In this document: positions 27,010-40,888 of the stretch, one piece after another
Numbering within the stretch: the first letter of the stretch is position 1
How the letters are laid out: each line of letters opens with the position of its first letter
Origin: Octopus vulgaris
Lineage: Eukaryota
Direction of reading: 5' to 3'
Length of the DNA stretch: 64,000 bases
Assembly: GCA_951406725.2 (NCBI GenBank)
Contig: OX597823.1
Span: forward strand, 8,122,001-8,186,000
Made by a program: the position numbers and the translations under genes
Notes under the pieces: model-generated
Told to the model about the DNA's origin: nothing
Seen by the model: the letters and a program-made list of their open reading frames with translations, nothing else
Databases searched by the model: none

Positions 27010-28250
27010 CTATTATTTAATTATTATAAATCTTCCACTGAAGATACAAAGCTCCATCTTTAGGATGTACTTAATACAGACAAATTCACATATGGAGCTT
27101 GAGAAAAGTCTTGCATATTTTTACTGTTCCAATCACAGATTGCACTTGCAATGTACGAATTAGCCGGTCAATTTCTCTTACTGAAAATCCCAGTTTATCC
27201 AGATACTCCTTTAAGCATTTACTAACAAAACCTAGTGTCCCAGTTATTATTGGTATGAATATGAATTCATAGACTGGATATAGAAGCTGACAGTTTCGAA
27301 GCAGTTGTCCATAGATATCCTCTTTTCCTTTGATTTTCAAAGAGATATTTATATCTACAGGGCAGCTGACCTCTATGATGGTACATACCTTTGCCCCTTG
27401 TCTCAAATAACAATATCCGGCCTGTTATGTTTACATTTGACAAATGTTTTGATGGGAATATTCCACCAGTATTCCTTGAGTTGGTGTTTATAAATGTTTT
27501 CTATAACAGAAGGATTTTCTAAGTTTATTTTTGGACAGTCTTTTTTTACAGATGGCATTGCAAATTGTTTTATCGACAACATCGAGCCGCATAGGGAGGT
27601 AGTATCGTGATGATATTTTAGGACAGCTGCTAATCACGTCATGTTTCCACAGAAACATGACATAGCCTGCACATGTGGTTGCACCTTGGGAATACAAGAG
27701 CGTCACTGTCTCTCTTGTTCACCAGGTACTTTGTGGCAATCTCCTGTTCCTGGATTGCAAACGCATAGCCTTCAAAATGTAATGTGATGCAGTGGTCTTG
27801 TGTTCAAGAGAGGCTGCGCTTCGTGTCAATTCTATTGTCTTCAAGCTTCCGTGCAACATACCCATGCATAGTCATTTTTGTGTATGCTGAGTGCTTTCCA
27901 TCTAGGTCTTCTCTGAGGTAAGAGAACCCAGCTGTTTTGGGGCTCATCAGGAAGAGGGTGCTTCTTGCGGAGCTCACTGCCAACTCGTACAGCACTGCAG
28001 TTATATATTTATTTTATATTTATATTATACATATTTTCAGCACTACATTTATATATTTATTTTTGCTGCTGTTGTTGCCTGCGTGATACCATACGGCATT
28101 CTAAGGCCGTCTGCACTGGTTTCAGGCCTCTACCACCTTCATTTCTCCTTAGGCACAGCCTGTCAACATCACCGTTTCTGTGGAAGTTCCCAGTTGTTGT
28201 CAGGATTTTTTGGGTTTTGATATCTATGGAGTGGATTTCATCTACAGACC
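27010..28250 (-). mobile_element. R4/Dong-like non-LTR retrotransposon remnant (RLE endonuclease)
   Basis: WSVDEIHSIDIKTQKILT..DVDRLCL.R.EGGRGL; MHGY; EGYAFAIQEQEIATKYL; CRLCH..ISSCP..R.DVV knuckle; HNRPDIV..IIEVSCPVD RLE motif; TAA-rich 3' end. Confidence 0.88.
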
Positions 28251-28346
28251 AATATGTATGTATGCATGTATATATGTATGTATGTGTGTGTGTATGTATG
28301 TATATATGTATGTATGTGTGTGTGTATGTATGTATATATGTATGTA

Positions 28347-28381
<35 letters not shown>

Positions 28382-28382
28382 A

Positions 28383-28428
<46 letters not shown>

Positions 28429-28659
28429 TGTGTGTTTGTGTGTGTGTGCGTACGAATGTACGTTCATACTCTGATAATTTCTTGTTCTGAGTAGTTTCTA
28501 TTACTGATCACTACTGCCCTCACTGATATTGGTTACACATAACAATTGCAAAAACATTCACAGAAAGTCAGAGGCACGAACTATTAGAACGTTTCTTCAT
28601 ATTGCGCCGCCTCTGCTCTTAGGAACGCCGATAGGGATGAAATAAGCAAACGTACATAT

Positions 28660-28886
28660 TCTTTTTCTTTTCTTTTATTCTTTTACTTGTTTCAGTCATT
28701 TGACTGCGGCCATGCTGGAGCACCGCCTCTAATCGAGCAACTCGACCCCGGGACTTATTCTTTTGTAAGCCCAGTACTTATTCTATCGGTCTCTTTTGCC
28801 GAACCGCTAAGTAACGGGGACATAAGCACACCAGCATCGGTTGTCAAGCAATGCTAGGAGGACAAACACAGACACAATCACACACA

Positions 28887-28958
<72 letters not shown>

Positions 28959-29123
28959 TACGACGGGCTTCTTTCAGTTTCCGTCTACCAAATCCACTCA
29001 CAAGGCTTTGGTCGGCCCGAGGCTATAGTGGAAGACACATGCCCAAGGTGCCACGCAGTGGGACTGAACCCGGAACCATGTGGTTTGTAAACAAGCTACT
29101 TACCACACAGCCACTCCTGCGCC
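28660..29123 (-). mobile_element. SINE family A, full length
   Basis: Reverse complement of the family A sequence; internal (TA)n at 28890-28960. Confidence 0.93.
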
Positions 29124-29493
29124 TATTATGCGGAAGATTTACGGAAATTTTGTTCCAAACCTTGCGATAAAAGAAAAAAATGAACAACACATACAACATG
29201 AATGTGAGGTAGAGTCAGATCTCGACATTTCCTTCCTCAAACTCTCGCGTCAAGAACTGCAACCGCTTGACCTTTAAAAGACTATTATATTTACTAATAT
29301 TATTCACCTATCGGTCTTTAAGAAAATCAGTTTTCCTTGAGTAATGCACCGAGATACGTTTTCAAGTATCTCGGTGCATTTCTCGCCAACATTGCAGATT
29401 TGCTACTTGTTATAATGCAGATCAAAGAAGCCGACTAATTTCTTAATCCACAAATCAATACCACGTATACTCGAAAAAAATAATAGACACACA

Positions 29494-29907
29494 GGCGCAG
29501 GAGTGGCTGTGTGGTAAGTAGCTTGCTAACCAGCCACATGGTTCCGGGTTCAGTCCCACTGCGTGGCATCTTGGGCAAGTGTCTTCTGCTATAGCCTCGG
29601 GCCGACCAATGCCTTGTGAGTGGATTTGGTAGACGGAAACTGAAAGAAGCCTGTCGTATATATGTATATATATATATAAGTGTGTGTGTATATGTTTGTG
29701 TGTCTGTGTTTGTCCCCCTAGCATTGCTTGACAACCGATGCTGGTGTGTTTACGTCCCCGTTACTTAGCGGTTCGGCAAAAGAGACCGATAGAATAAGTA
29801 CTAGGCTTACAAAAGAATAAGTGCCGGGGTCGATTTGCTCGACTAAAGGCGGTGCTCCAGCATGGCCGCAGTCAAATGACTGAAACAAGTAAAAGAGTAA
29901 AAGAGTA
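29494..29907 (+). mobile_element. SINE family A, full length
   Basis: Head ggcgcaggagtggc through the (gagtaaaa)n tail. Confidence 0.93.
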
Positions 29908-30084
29908 CACACGCACACACATAAAGAAACACATGCATAGAGACACACACAATCCCTCCTCCTAAACAAAACAAAGCATTAGAGCAGGGACTCAGACGGC
30001 GAGACTTAGAATATTTAACTCTGAAGATAGGGTCCTGCTGATGCATTGATGGTTAGAACAAATACAGAACCAATGTATATAAGT

Positions 30085-30464
30085 GGCACTCAGTCGGTTG
30101 CGACGACGAGGGTTCCGGTTGATCCGAATCAACGGAACAGCCTGATCGTGAAATTAACGTGCAAGTGGCTGAGCACACCACAGACAAGTGTACCCTTAAC
30201 GTAGTTCTCGGGGAGATTCAGCGTGACACAGAGTGTAACAAGGCTGGCTCTTTGAAGTACAGGTACAACAAAAACAGGAAGAAAAAGTGAGAGAAAGTAG
30301 TGGCAAAAGAGTACAGCAGGGTTCACCACGATTCCCTGCCGGAACCTCATGGACCTTTAGGTGTTTTCGCTCAATAAACACTCACAACGCCCGATCAGGG
30401 AATCGAAACCGCTATCCTAAGACCAAGAGTCCGCTGCCCTAACCACTGGGCCATTGCGCCTCCA
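30085..30464 (-). mobile_element. SINE family B1 (tRNA-derived head)
   Basis: Minus strand tggaggcgcaatggcccagtggttagggcagcggactc..ggtttcgattccc; matches 45297-45680 and 49495-49880. Confidence 0.92.
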
Positions 30465-30476
30465 CACACACACACG

Positions 30477-30550
<74 letters not shown>

Positions 30551-30615
30551 CATGTATATATATATACACGCATATATATACATATATGTATATACATATA
30601 TACATGTATATATAA

Positions 30616-30654
<39 letters not shown>

Positions 30655-30664
<10 letters not shown>

Positions 30665-31753
30665 AATAAGGTACTCAGAGATCTGGATGGTTGTACATAT
30701 ACAAATATTTATTAACATGTCACTCTTTCATCAAATAGAATTTATAGTATTAGTGAATGGATTGGGATGGACAGGGAATGACATCTTCTTCAGAGAGAAT
30801 ATGGAACAACACTTCATAGCAAAATTCTCCCCCAAAATAAATCGCTGAAAATATGAAAATCACATCAACTTCCTTATAAACCCAGCTGGAACCCTAAGAT
30901 ATATGCATATGTGTGTGTGTGTGTGTGTGTGTGTGGGTTTGTATATACATAAATAGAAACATTCTTGCATCTAGATTTTCCAACCCATACCAGCATGTGA
31001 ATCAAGCATTGGACAATGATGATGATAATAAGTCCAGATAATTTTTTGCAAAAATAACTATCATTATTCCTCATCAAAACAGACACCCCTTAGAGTAACC
31101 ACCACCTGGTCTTGCCATTTTTACTGACCAAGAATCAACTAATCATCTTTTATTGAAAGAACTGATCAACTGTATAGATACAAACATATTTTTCTTCTTT
31201 CTTTCTTCCTTCCTTTCTTTCCTTCTCTTTTCCATTGACATTAAGAAAAAACACTTTTTCACTTTGAAAACATTTTTCTTTCAGACCCCCTGGTGAGCTG
31301 GCTGAACCAAAATAAGCATCTGTTCTAGCCAACTACTTAAAAATATATATTTTCTTTTTTTCTTTGTCTCTTGTTCAAAACGTTTCCTTTCAGATACACA
31401 GGCACACACACAACACACGTGCGCGCACATACACACACATACACACATACTCTCTCTCACTTTCTCCCTCCACTATATCCCCATTCATCTCCCTCTTTTC
31501 CTACCCTATACGCTCCACATTACTCTTCTTTCCGCCCTCTCTCTCCACCATAACCCATTGACTAATACTATAAAAAGAGATAAATCCCTTCACAAAATTT
31601 AAATCTGAAAAATCTATTAGAGTAGATGAAAGCGCTTATATGTGATTTATAAAAACATGTGACATGTTAATAAATATTTGTATGTGTACAACCATCCAGA
31701 TCTCTGAGTACATTATTTTTTCTAATATAATATCTGTACATCATCTCCAAACC

Positions 31754-31760
<7 letters not shown>
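30655..31760 (+). mobile_element. PLE remnant with inverted terminal-repeat fragment
   Basis: 30655-30723 is the reverse complement of ~31660-31729. GIY-YIG C-terminal-like RENMEQHFIAKFSPKINR* ends at 30848. Degenerate hammerhead ctgaaaa-ATCTA ttagag TAGAT-gaaagcgctta at 31605-31638. Confidence 0.7.
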
Positions 31761-31831
<71 letters not shown>

Positions 31832-31832
<1 letters not shown>

Positions 31833-32212
31833 TTTACTTGTTTCAGTCATTTGATTGCGGCCATGCTGGAGCACCGCCTTTAGTCGAGCAAATCGACCCC
31901 AGGAATTATTCTGGGTAAGCCTAGTTATTCTATCGGACTCTTTTGCCGAACCGCTAAGTTATGGGGATGTAAACACACCACCATCGGTTGTCAAGCGATG
32001 TTGGAGGGACAAGCACAGACACACAAACATATACACACACATATATATACGACAGGCTTCTTTCAGTTTCCGTCTACCAAATCCACATACAAGGCTTTGG
32101 TCGGCTCGAGGCTATAGTAGAAGACACTTACCCAAGATGCCACGCAGCGGGACTGAACCCGGAACCATGTGGTTGGGAAGCAAGTTTCTTACCACACAGC
32201 TACGCCCGCGCC
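31832..32212 (-). mobile_element. SINE family A
   Basis: Reverse complement of family A with a short internal microsatellite. Confidence 0.92.
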
Positions 32213-32230
32213 TATGTAGATATACTGTGC

Positions 32231-32266
<36 letters not shown>

Positions 32267-32535
32267 TGATCAAAATAAAAACATGATGCCAAGGATTCAG
32301 CGGTACATATGTTTCGGGCCTTTATTAGACAGATTTATAACAATGCATAATGTATGTCTGTGGCCTTCTTCAGCCGCGCACAACAACTTCCACAAGAACA
32401 TGTGTTACATCAAAAATTCTTGGTTGGGGATGCAAATCCTCTCATTCGCGTACGACATAATGCGGCAACAGCATAGAATTGAAGTATATACAGGTGCTTA
32501 CAATTATCAAGTACTCACCCCGAATTTCTGTACTC

Positions 32536-32645
<110 letters not shown>

Positions 32646-33246
32646 TGTGTGTGTGCGCGTGTGTGTTGAACTACTGAAATACGTATGCATACTTTCACTC
32701 CTTGTTCGGTCTGAATACAAACATAGCAGCAGATGGCGAATAGAGGTTAAACATTTGTCTTTACAAGAAAAAAAAAAAGCGAAATATGAGGTTACAAGAG
32801 AAAACTGAAGAATTTAGGTAATAGACTTGAAGAGAAAATGCTAAACATTCAAATACGCAATGGAATCTAACATCATTTCCAGACCACTGCTTCGTTCCCT
32901 ACCAAGTAGGTCAAACAGCGATGAATGCCACAGTCAGTATTACACCTATCATCAATATTAAGTATGTCATATTATCAAATACTTCATAGAAGGTGGGAGG
33001 AAACGTAAATAACTCAAAAGATTTAATTATACCCAGGGTGAATATATCTTCCGGGTAGACATTGTCTTTTAGGAAATAAATACTAGTCAAGTACTGTGGG
33101 TTGATTTAATCGACTATTTCTTTTTCCAAAATTATTGACCGTGACCAAATATAAGAAATCTAATTATTGGAACTCTCGTTGGTAGATTTGACATTTAAAT
33201 GAAAATTGCAATACCTTGACTATATTCAACGCAATGTCATTTGTGT

Positions 33247-33555
33247 ATATATATATATGTTCCTTCTCGAGCCATGCCTGGCTCATTAGGGCCGGTTTTC
33301 CGGTTTCTTGGCGTATAGGTTCCCCACCTGGACAGGACACCGGTCCGTCGCAGGTGAGCTGCAAGATGCAGGAGGAAAGAGTGAGAGAAAGTTGTGGCGA
33401 AAGAGTCAGCAGAAGTTTCGCCATTACTTTCTGCCGGAGCTGCGTGGAGCCTAGGTGTTTCGCTCATAAACACACACATCGCCCGGTCTGAGATTCGAAC
33501 CCGCGATCCCTCGACCGCGAGTCTGCCGCTCTAACCACTAGGCCATGTGTCTCCA
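33247..33555 (-). mobile_element. SINE family B3 (B head/body + V-SINE-like tail)
   Basis: Tail cctgcgacggaccggtgtcctgtccaggtgggg..gaaaccgg..atgagcc. 15-bp TSD caatgtcatttgtgt at 33232-33246 and 33554-33568. Confidence 0.9.
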
Positions 33556-34646
33556 ATGTCATTTGTGTGCTCTAATATGATGGGACTGATGAAAACCAAT
33601 GAAATCTAGTTGCTAAAATATTGTTTGTTTTCCCAGGTTCGAAGGTTGTATACCTTCCTGTATATATAATATATATCGAAGGTTGTATACCTTACTGATA
33701 TATAATATATATCCTTGTGCTGTGAAAAAAAAAAATTACGCACATGCGCTCACACACACATACACGTCTATTATATGTTATTCCTCTATATCTATATATC
33801 TATAGTTATACATATACGGGCGTGCATGTACACATATGCGCATTTAGTTTGTGAATGCGCATATGTAATATGTCTACATATTTTTAGGATACCGAACTTG
33901 GGAGAATTTTATTCTCTTTTCAAACTGAAGCAAAAGTTTACTTTTAGCATCACATAAATGGTAACTTATCTTCAACCTAAGCGGATAATGATCTAACCAA
34001 GAAGCGTCATGTGAGCCATTGGTACGTACAAGAACATGTCTCCAAAGAAAGTGACAATATTCAAACGATTCTAGCATTTGAGTTAAAGATTTGATCATTT
34101 GCCTCCAAGAGTAAGATTTGAAATCGTATTTACAATTATTTTATCTCTGTAAGATACTGTATTCATGATATCAGCATAAATCTTTTAATATCAAGCTGTT
34201 TTAGAGATAATTAAAAAATATATATGATAATATTGTTACAAACTAAAAACGGTAATCACGTGCCATCTAGGATTAAAAGATAACCACAAAGTATCTCATT
34301 ACAAAACAAGGTAAAGATGCATTTAGAGAATAATGTCAGGAGCATTATGTACACCGCATATAAGTTGCTGCAAAAGGTATTAGTATAGCTTACGTAAGCA
34401 AATGTTTAGACAGTTATGAAGTACTGAGAGAAAGAGGAGAAAAAGATGACTTGAAATATCTATGGTTAATTAACATTAACTTTTCAACTAGCACTGTACT
34501 TGCTTGCTGGTTACAGCCTTTGGGCTGTAATGTATATCCAATTAACCTAATGATGTAACCCGTATTTTCGCTTTTTGATTGTTCTAAAATATTTTTGCTT
34601 TGGTACTAGTAAAATAATCAACTACTAATATTTCAAAATATGGTTT

Positions 34647-34714
<68 letters not shown>

Positions 34715-35406
34715 CACATATATACATATGGTATTATATTTTCATTTATTTTCCCATCACATTAACAGATACGAATAAGAGAAACAAAATCTATAATTGT
34801 TTTTTTCCAGTTTTTGTTTATAAAATTATTATTTCTACATGATTTGCCACAATGTCTATTGCTGGTTATAGTTTTAGCGATCATGGAGATGAGGCGGTAT
34901 CCAGAGAGATTTGAGCGCATGAACGCCAGAAACCAGATAAGAAATTAGATAGTGTAAAACTTCTGGTCCGCCATTACTGTTTGCATCAACTAAGTTACAA
35001 TCAGTTTGTTTCTGCTGCCTAAAATATTTATGGCCGGCTATTTAGAAAAGAAGTAATAGAGTACATTCTGATCCTGTACATTAGCTTAAAAATTCTATCA
35101 TCCACATTTCTTACATTAGAAAGAACAGCGAGAAGAATGACTTGAGAACCATACATAAAAATCTCTGTTGTATGAAAAACCCATATGGAAGGTTTTAAAA
35201 TCTGCTCGATGTATTTGAGATCAGCTTTGCCTTTTGTCCTTTCGGAGACTTTAGAAAAGTAGCAAACCAAGGTAGTGAAACTGTTAGTGGTCCGGTGAAA
35301 TGACTAACGTATAAATTCCGTTTTGAGTTCGGCCAGCAACACCTCTAACAATACAGCTACCATGTTGCTTTAGTTTATGTCAGTGGCTTTTCTCTTGTAT
35401 ATAACA

Positions 35407-35807
35407 CTAGCAGTATCACCCGGCGTTGCTCGGGTTTGTAAGGGAAATAACTATATAAGCATTTTTAGAGATGTAAAGTATAATAGCCATCTCAATATGG
35501 CTAACCACAAATGGGGGGGGGGTGTTACTGTAGCTTTTTACGTTCTGAGATTTAATAATACATTTTTAGAGAGTTACTTCCCTTATATAATAGCAAAAAA
35601 ATGCATTAAAAAATGGGTAAAAATGATGGTAAATTTTTTTTTTAATCATAGACTCATCGTAGACGCGCACTAATACCCAGAAGGGCTCGATATGAATCAC
35701 GACTATAAGATACCGGCTTTTGGTTACACTGCACCGCAAAATGTGGGAGTAATTAGGAATCTAAATCGTAGGAGACAGACACACAGCTTTAGTTTTATAT
35801 ATAAAGA
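35407..35807 (-). mobile_element. Non-autonomous Helitron
   Basis: Minus strand A|TCTTTATATATAAAA ... cccg-agcaacgc-cggg hairpin ... CTAG|T; near-identical to 53641-54035. Confidence 0.9.
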
Positions 35808-36271
35808 TAAGCGATGAGGTAAGAATAAACGTGCGTGTATGGACAACTTTCCCAAATAATCTTCCCCACCCACAAACACACACACATACACACACTCGTG
35901 CAGTAACATAGTGGTCATTGAGTGATGGAGGGCCAATCCAAATTAAAGTTAAACTTGCACTCACAATGACGACAAAATTTTATCATATTAATGACTAATT
36001 CTGGTAAAAAAAAAAGATGATGGGCACAATATAGTGCAGAAGGAATTTGATCTTATACACTGCTTTACTGATGAGGCTCAATAATACAGAAAACGTCGGA
36101 AATTGTCTCTATTTTGTTAGAGATATAACATATCCAAGTTAGATTTGATATAGAGAATTCTCTTCTGAACTAATATTGCCTCCGTTGCTAATAACGAATT
36201 TTTACGCAAGTAGGAAAAATAGAGCTCAAAATATGAAACTCTCGGAATTTGAGTCACTCTGTTACTTCTGC

Positions 36272-36375
<104 letters not shown>

Positions 36376-36376
36376 G

Positions 36377-36662
36377 TGGAGGCGCAATGGCCCAGTGGTT
36401 AGGGAAGCGGACTCGCGGTCGTAGGATCGCGGTTTCGATTCCCAGACCGGGCGTTGTGAGTGTTTATTGAGCGAAAGCACCTAAAGTTCCACGGGGCTCC
36501 TGCAGGGGGTGGTGGCGATCCCTGCTGTACTCTTTCGCCACAACTTTCTCTCACTCTTTCTTCTGTTGGCCTGCTCGCTTAGCCAGCGGGGTGGCGTCAT
36601 TTGAAGGCTAAAACAATGCGAAGCGCATTGTGACATCTGAGAACCTGGTCGGTTACGGTGAT
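36377..36662 (+). mobile_element. SINE family B2 (B head/body + alternative tail)
   Basis: Same head and body as B1 up to caactttctctcactctt, then a tail matching 11918-12036. Sits in (TA)n. Confidence 0.9.
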
Positions 36663-36689
36663 ATATATATATATATATATACATATGTA

Positions 36690-36735
<46 letters not shown>

Positions 36736-37160
36736 CGTATATTCATACTTACTGTCATAAATCAGTAGGTTGATAGATTTAATATATAAACATCATATTT
36801 GTAGATATAAATGTATCTTCCTTCTCCATTCTGTCTTCCATTCTGTCTTTCACATGTTGTTTTTATTTCTCTCTTTTTCGCTTCCTTTACTTTCGCCTAA
36901 TTTCTTTCTCACTGTCTCTCTCTCTGTCATTGTATTCTGCAACACACAAAATGCTCACATATATCGAGACGTGGCCTCGATTGATTCTTTTCAGTCATCA
37001 CTTTCGGTGTAGTGACAGTACAACAATTGAAGTAAAGCTTTTCACGTAGACTGCCATGTCGCGTTTAGAGAAGGCAGGTTGGAAACGATAAATGTATAGA
37101 CACGTATGCTTATACAGAAACTCATATGAATATGAGAGAATGAGAGTGAGGGAGGGAGAA

Positions 37161-37245
<85 letters not shown>

Positions 37246-37879
37246 TAGATAGAAAGAAAATAAAGCTGGAGAGAGAAAGAGAGCTAAAGAAAATGAGATA
37301 TTTATATGTATATACATACATACACACACACATACATGTTTGCATGTGAGCTTGTGTGTGTACCTACCTACCTACCTACCTACCTACCTACCTACCTTTA
37401 TACATACAAACGTACATGCATACATACAAACATACATACAGACACAGATATGCATATACGTACAAAGAGCTGATTGACGTTTGAACAATCAAGTTCAAGG
37501 AAATAGTAACCTCAATTACATCAAATATAAGACAAAGATCAGTAACAGCAACAGAACCAAGAATAAAAACAACAAAGGCGACGACGATAACATCCAAACA
37601 ACAACAACAACAACAACAGAGGCAACGGTAGAAGAAGATGTAAAAATTTAAAAAGTACCAACAGCGAACCCCCCCCCCCCCCTGCAATATTAGTATCATT
37701 AGCAATGGAACTGAGGAATAGAAACAGCAGAAAAAACCGAAACGATATGTATAGGGATAGAATACAGAAGTTTGAAGAGAAAATTGTGTCACCAACTCCA
37801 TAATACGAACGTGAAATACATTATTGATAGTGTTTCAGCTTGGCCTCAGACTATTGGCCTGGATTCTGTCAGAGTCTGT

Positions 37880-37957
<78 letters not shown>

Positions 37958-37966
37958 GCAAGTCTG

Positions 37967-38020
<54 letters not shown>

Positions 38021-38519
38021 AATCAATTTATCCATCTATCTATTGTTCGAATGACAGATCTCTGATATTCATTCGGTTACCTCTCCTGACAATATTCCTG
38101 CGATCCCTTCCGTGAAACGCAGTGCATGATCTAATTACTTTTATTAGAACTCACTAACCTAAAAACATACGCCTACATCGCTTTTTCCATACATACCTAA
38201 AGGACTTTGATACACAAATGTTTACATATAATGTTAAAGATCTTACTACTCACCAAACTGGTTGATATGCAAAAGGTAAGCGGGGACCAGTGTATTTTAA
38301 GCATGTATCTTTAAAAAGCTAAAGCAGAAGACAATTTTCTGTGAGACAATACGAATACAAAAAATAAAAGTAATATTTGTTGATGAAAAATATTTCTTTC
38401 GTTTTACTGTAAATTTATGAAACAGTTTCAGATATTTAGAAGTATAGCCTCGCTGTAACATGTCGAAATGATTAGAAAGTGATTCGAAAGTCATATATAT
38501 ATATGTATGTATATATATA

Positions 38520-39033
38520 GCATTCACTGTGTCCCTGTCATTTTTCTCGACCCTCCTTACTTCTTCTGTCGCTCTGCCTCTACCTCTCTCTCTTCTCTCC
38601 CCATATGACCGGTGTTCGGCCAAGCCTGACCTTTCTTGGTTGGTTCGGCCGCTGTCCGTGCAACATCTATATTCTTCCCTGTCCCTGTGAAATCTTGTAT
38701 CCCTGGCGTAAGTCTTTACTTTCACACACGCCAGCTTAATTTAATTCGTCCTTAGTCGAAAGACAGCTGTTGTTATGTCCTGTTATTTGTATTTGTGTAA
38801 CCTTCTCCGTTTGTTTCCGTTCTTGTTTTCGTATACATTCGCTGATTTCTTCCAAGGAATGTAATGCTCTTAGCTTAGTTTTTCCTTGGGGCTGCCCAGA
38901 TTGGAGCAATCTCGAGTATAACCAACCGAAATTGCAAAGATAATCTGGAACTCGACTGAGGAAAGAAAACTCCGAATGACCTGTCTTTGTTTTCTTTTTA
39001 TCGTCTATCTGGATATTTTGTTGTCCAATTTTG

Positions 39034-39038
<5 letters not shown>
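38520..39038. mobile_element. Unclassified ~520-bp non-coding insertion between TA-repeat tracts
   Basis: Compositionally distinct pyrimidine-rich block bounded by TA repeats; no coding motif recognised. Confidence 0.4.
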
Positions 39039-39074
<36 letters not shown>

Positions 39075-39082
<8 letters not shown>

Positions 39083-39904
39083 CTCAACTTGTGTGTCTGC
39101 GTGTGTATCTGTGTGTGTGTCTATGTGTTTAACTTCCCGGCACATCTCCTCCTAGCCAACAAATCGTAGAACCACCAAAAATGGGTCTCTTAAAGTTTAG
39201 GCGAATGAAAATTGAACTGCGCTATTTCTGTTCCGAAATTCATCTCGCAAGTGCAAAAATCGATAATGTGTTTGTTTAGGCCTTATCCCATGCATTGAAT
39301 AGTGAACTTTACTCAGTCAGCTGTTTGCGTGAACTGTGCTCATCACGCGTGCAAGCATGCGAAAAATTGCATGAAAAATAAAAAATCAAGATATAAAAAC
39401 GAATCGCCGTAAACATTGTAGAAATTCGGCAAAGAAATGAATTTTCGGTATGTAGCCTGGAGGTTTTTTTTCGTATGAATCGTTTGGACTTTGTGAACAC
39501 ATACCAATTGTTTTCATAACATTTTTAACGCTTTGAATTAAATGTGACCATTTTGCGTTGAATCTGCAGTTTGAATCACTTTAACCAAATTTTAGCAGGC
39601 CGGATTTTTGATCATCACGATACATTGCCAGCGACTCCCTGAAACTCTCCCCTGAAATCCCCGTTGAGAAATACTGATCTAAAAGAATAATTCAACAATG
39701 CAATTATTTGATAAACAAAAAATTATGAAACGTTTCTACGTACTTCCTATTGAGGAAATGGAACACATAAGCGCAAAAATAGAGGGCATTAAATGCCTGA
39801 TTTTAAAACCAAAATAATTGAATTTTGATTGAACTTCATCCAAGTTTAGCTTAATTCGCGCGTGCATAGAACGCACGAGCGCACGAGCCGGGCAATACTG
39901 CTAG
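39075..39904 (+). mobile_element. Non-autonomous Helitron-like element
   Basis: 3' end cgagcgcacgagccgggcaatactgCTAG|T resembles the other Helitron ends; 5' end merges with (TA)n followed by a (tg)-rich tract. Confidence 0.7.
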
Positions 39905-40600
39905 TATATATATATATATATATATCTGTTGGTGTAGTAAATGTAATTATTAAGAAATGGAAAAATTACGAGAGAATAAGCAGAAAGTGTGTTGGTATCA
40001 GTATATTTATTTAACGTAAAGAACATTGAAAACCGAAAGGTGAATAAAATCTTCTCCATAAATTATATATGCTAACATCATTTAACTATTAGCACACAAT
40101 CGAACGAAAATTTAGTAATTTCTTTTCAAGTACATGTAACTCGCAATCAGAATAGCTTGGAAACATGTAAAATGCTTTTGTTAATTGTGTTAGGCACATG
40201 TGTAGTCGCGAGCAGACTCAAACACCGTTTTGTCCCACCTTTATCATTGACCGAAACATTCAAGATTTGACAGCTGGAGGAAGAGATTCTTTTACAAGTA
40301 CCCGACTGCTATTCATTACAGCTGAGTAGTGCGGTTTATTTAAGTCGGCCTAGTGGCCGGTTACTTTGGAGTTTCCTCGGTGTGCAGCCACTTCTTAAGA
40401 GAAGTGAGATTTAGTGGAAAAAAAAAACACACACAAAATAACCAGCAAAAAACAAGGAACAAAACACATGATAGTACTCCGGTGGTGAAAGTAGTGCGGA
40501 AAAACAAGTGTATATTGGCAGCAATAATAACAACAGCAAAACCACGACAGGCAAAACTGATAAAAATTGTAGTAAAGACGATAATGATGATAATAATAAT

Positions 40601-40823
40601 CTTTTCTTCTATAGGCACAAGGCACGAAACTTTTGGGGAGGGGCCTAGGCGATTAAATCGACACCAGTACTCAACCAGTACTTATTTTATCGACCCTGAA
40701 AGGATTAAAGACAAAGTCAACGTCAACGTCGGCAGAATTTGAACTCAGAACGTAAAGACGGATGAAATATTCCTAAGCATTTACTCGGCTTGCTAACGGT
40801 TCTGCCAGCTTGCCGCCTTGATG

Positions 40824-40888
<65 letters not shown>

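Noticed and set aside
33639-33714. Short local tandem duplications (also 41413-41443, 42126-42172, 56587-56628, 60819-60877, 63798-63830)
   Set aside because: Two to three copies of 11-38 bp, consistent with ordinary replication slippage.
36377-36452. tRNA gene (also the heads at 30390-30464, 33480-33555, 45605-45680, 46335-46410, 49495-49570)
   Set aside because: A/B boxes are present but the acceptor and anticodon stems are poor, and each continues into a SINE body.
38955-38990. ctgagga..cgaatg..gtc hammerhead-like motif
   Set aside because: GAAA is absent and stems II/III pair poorly.
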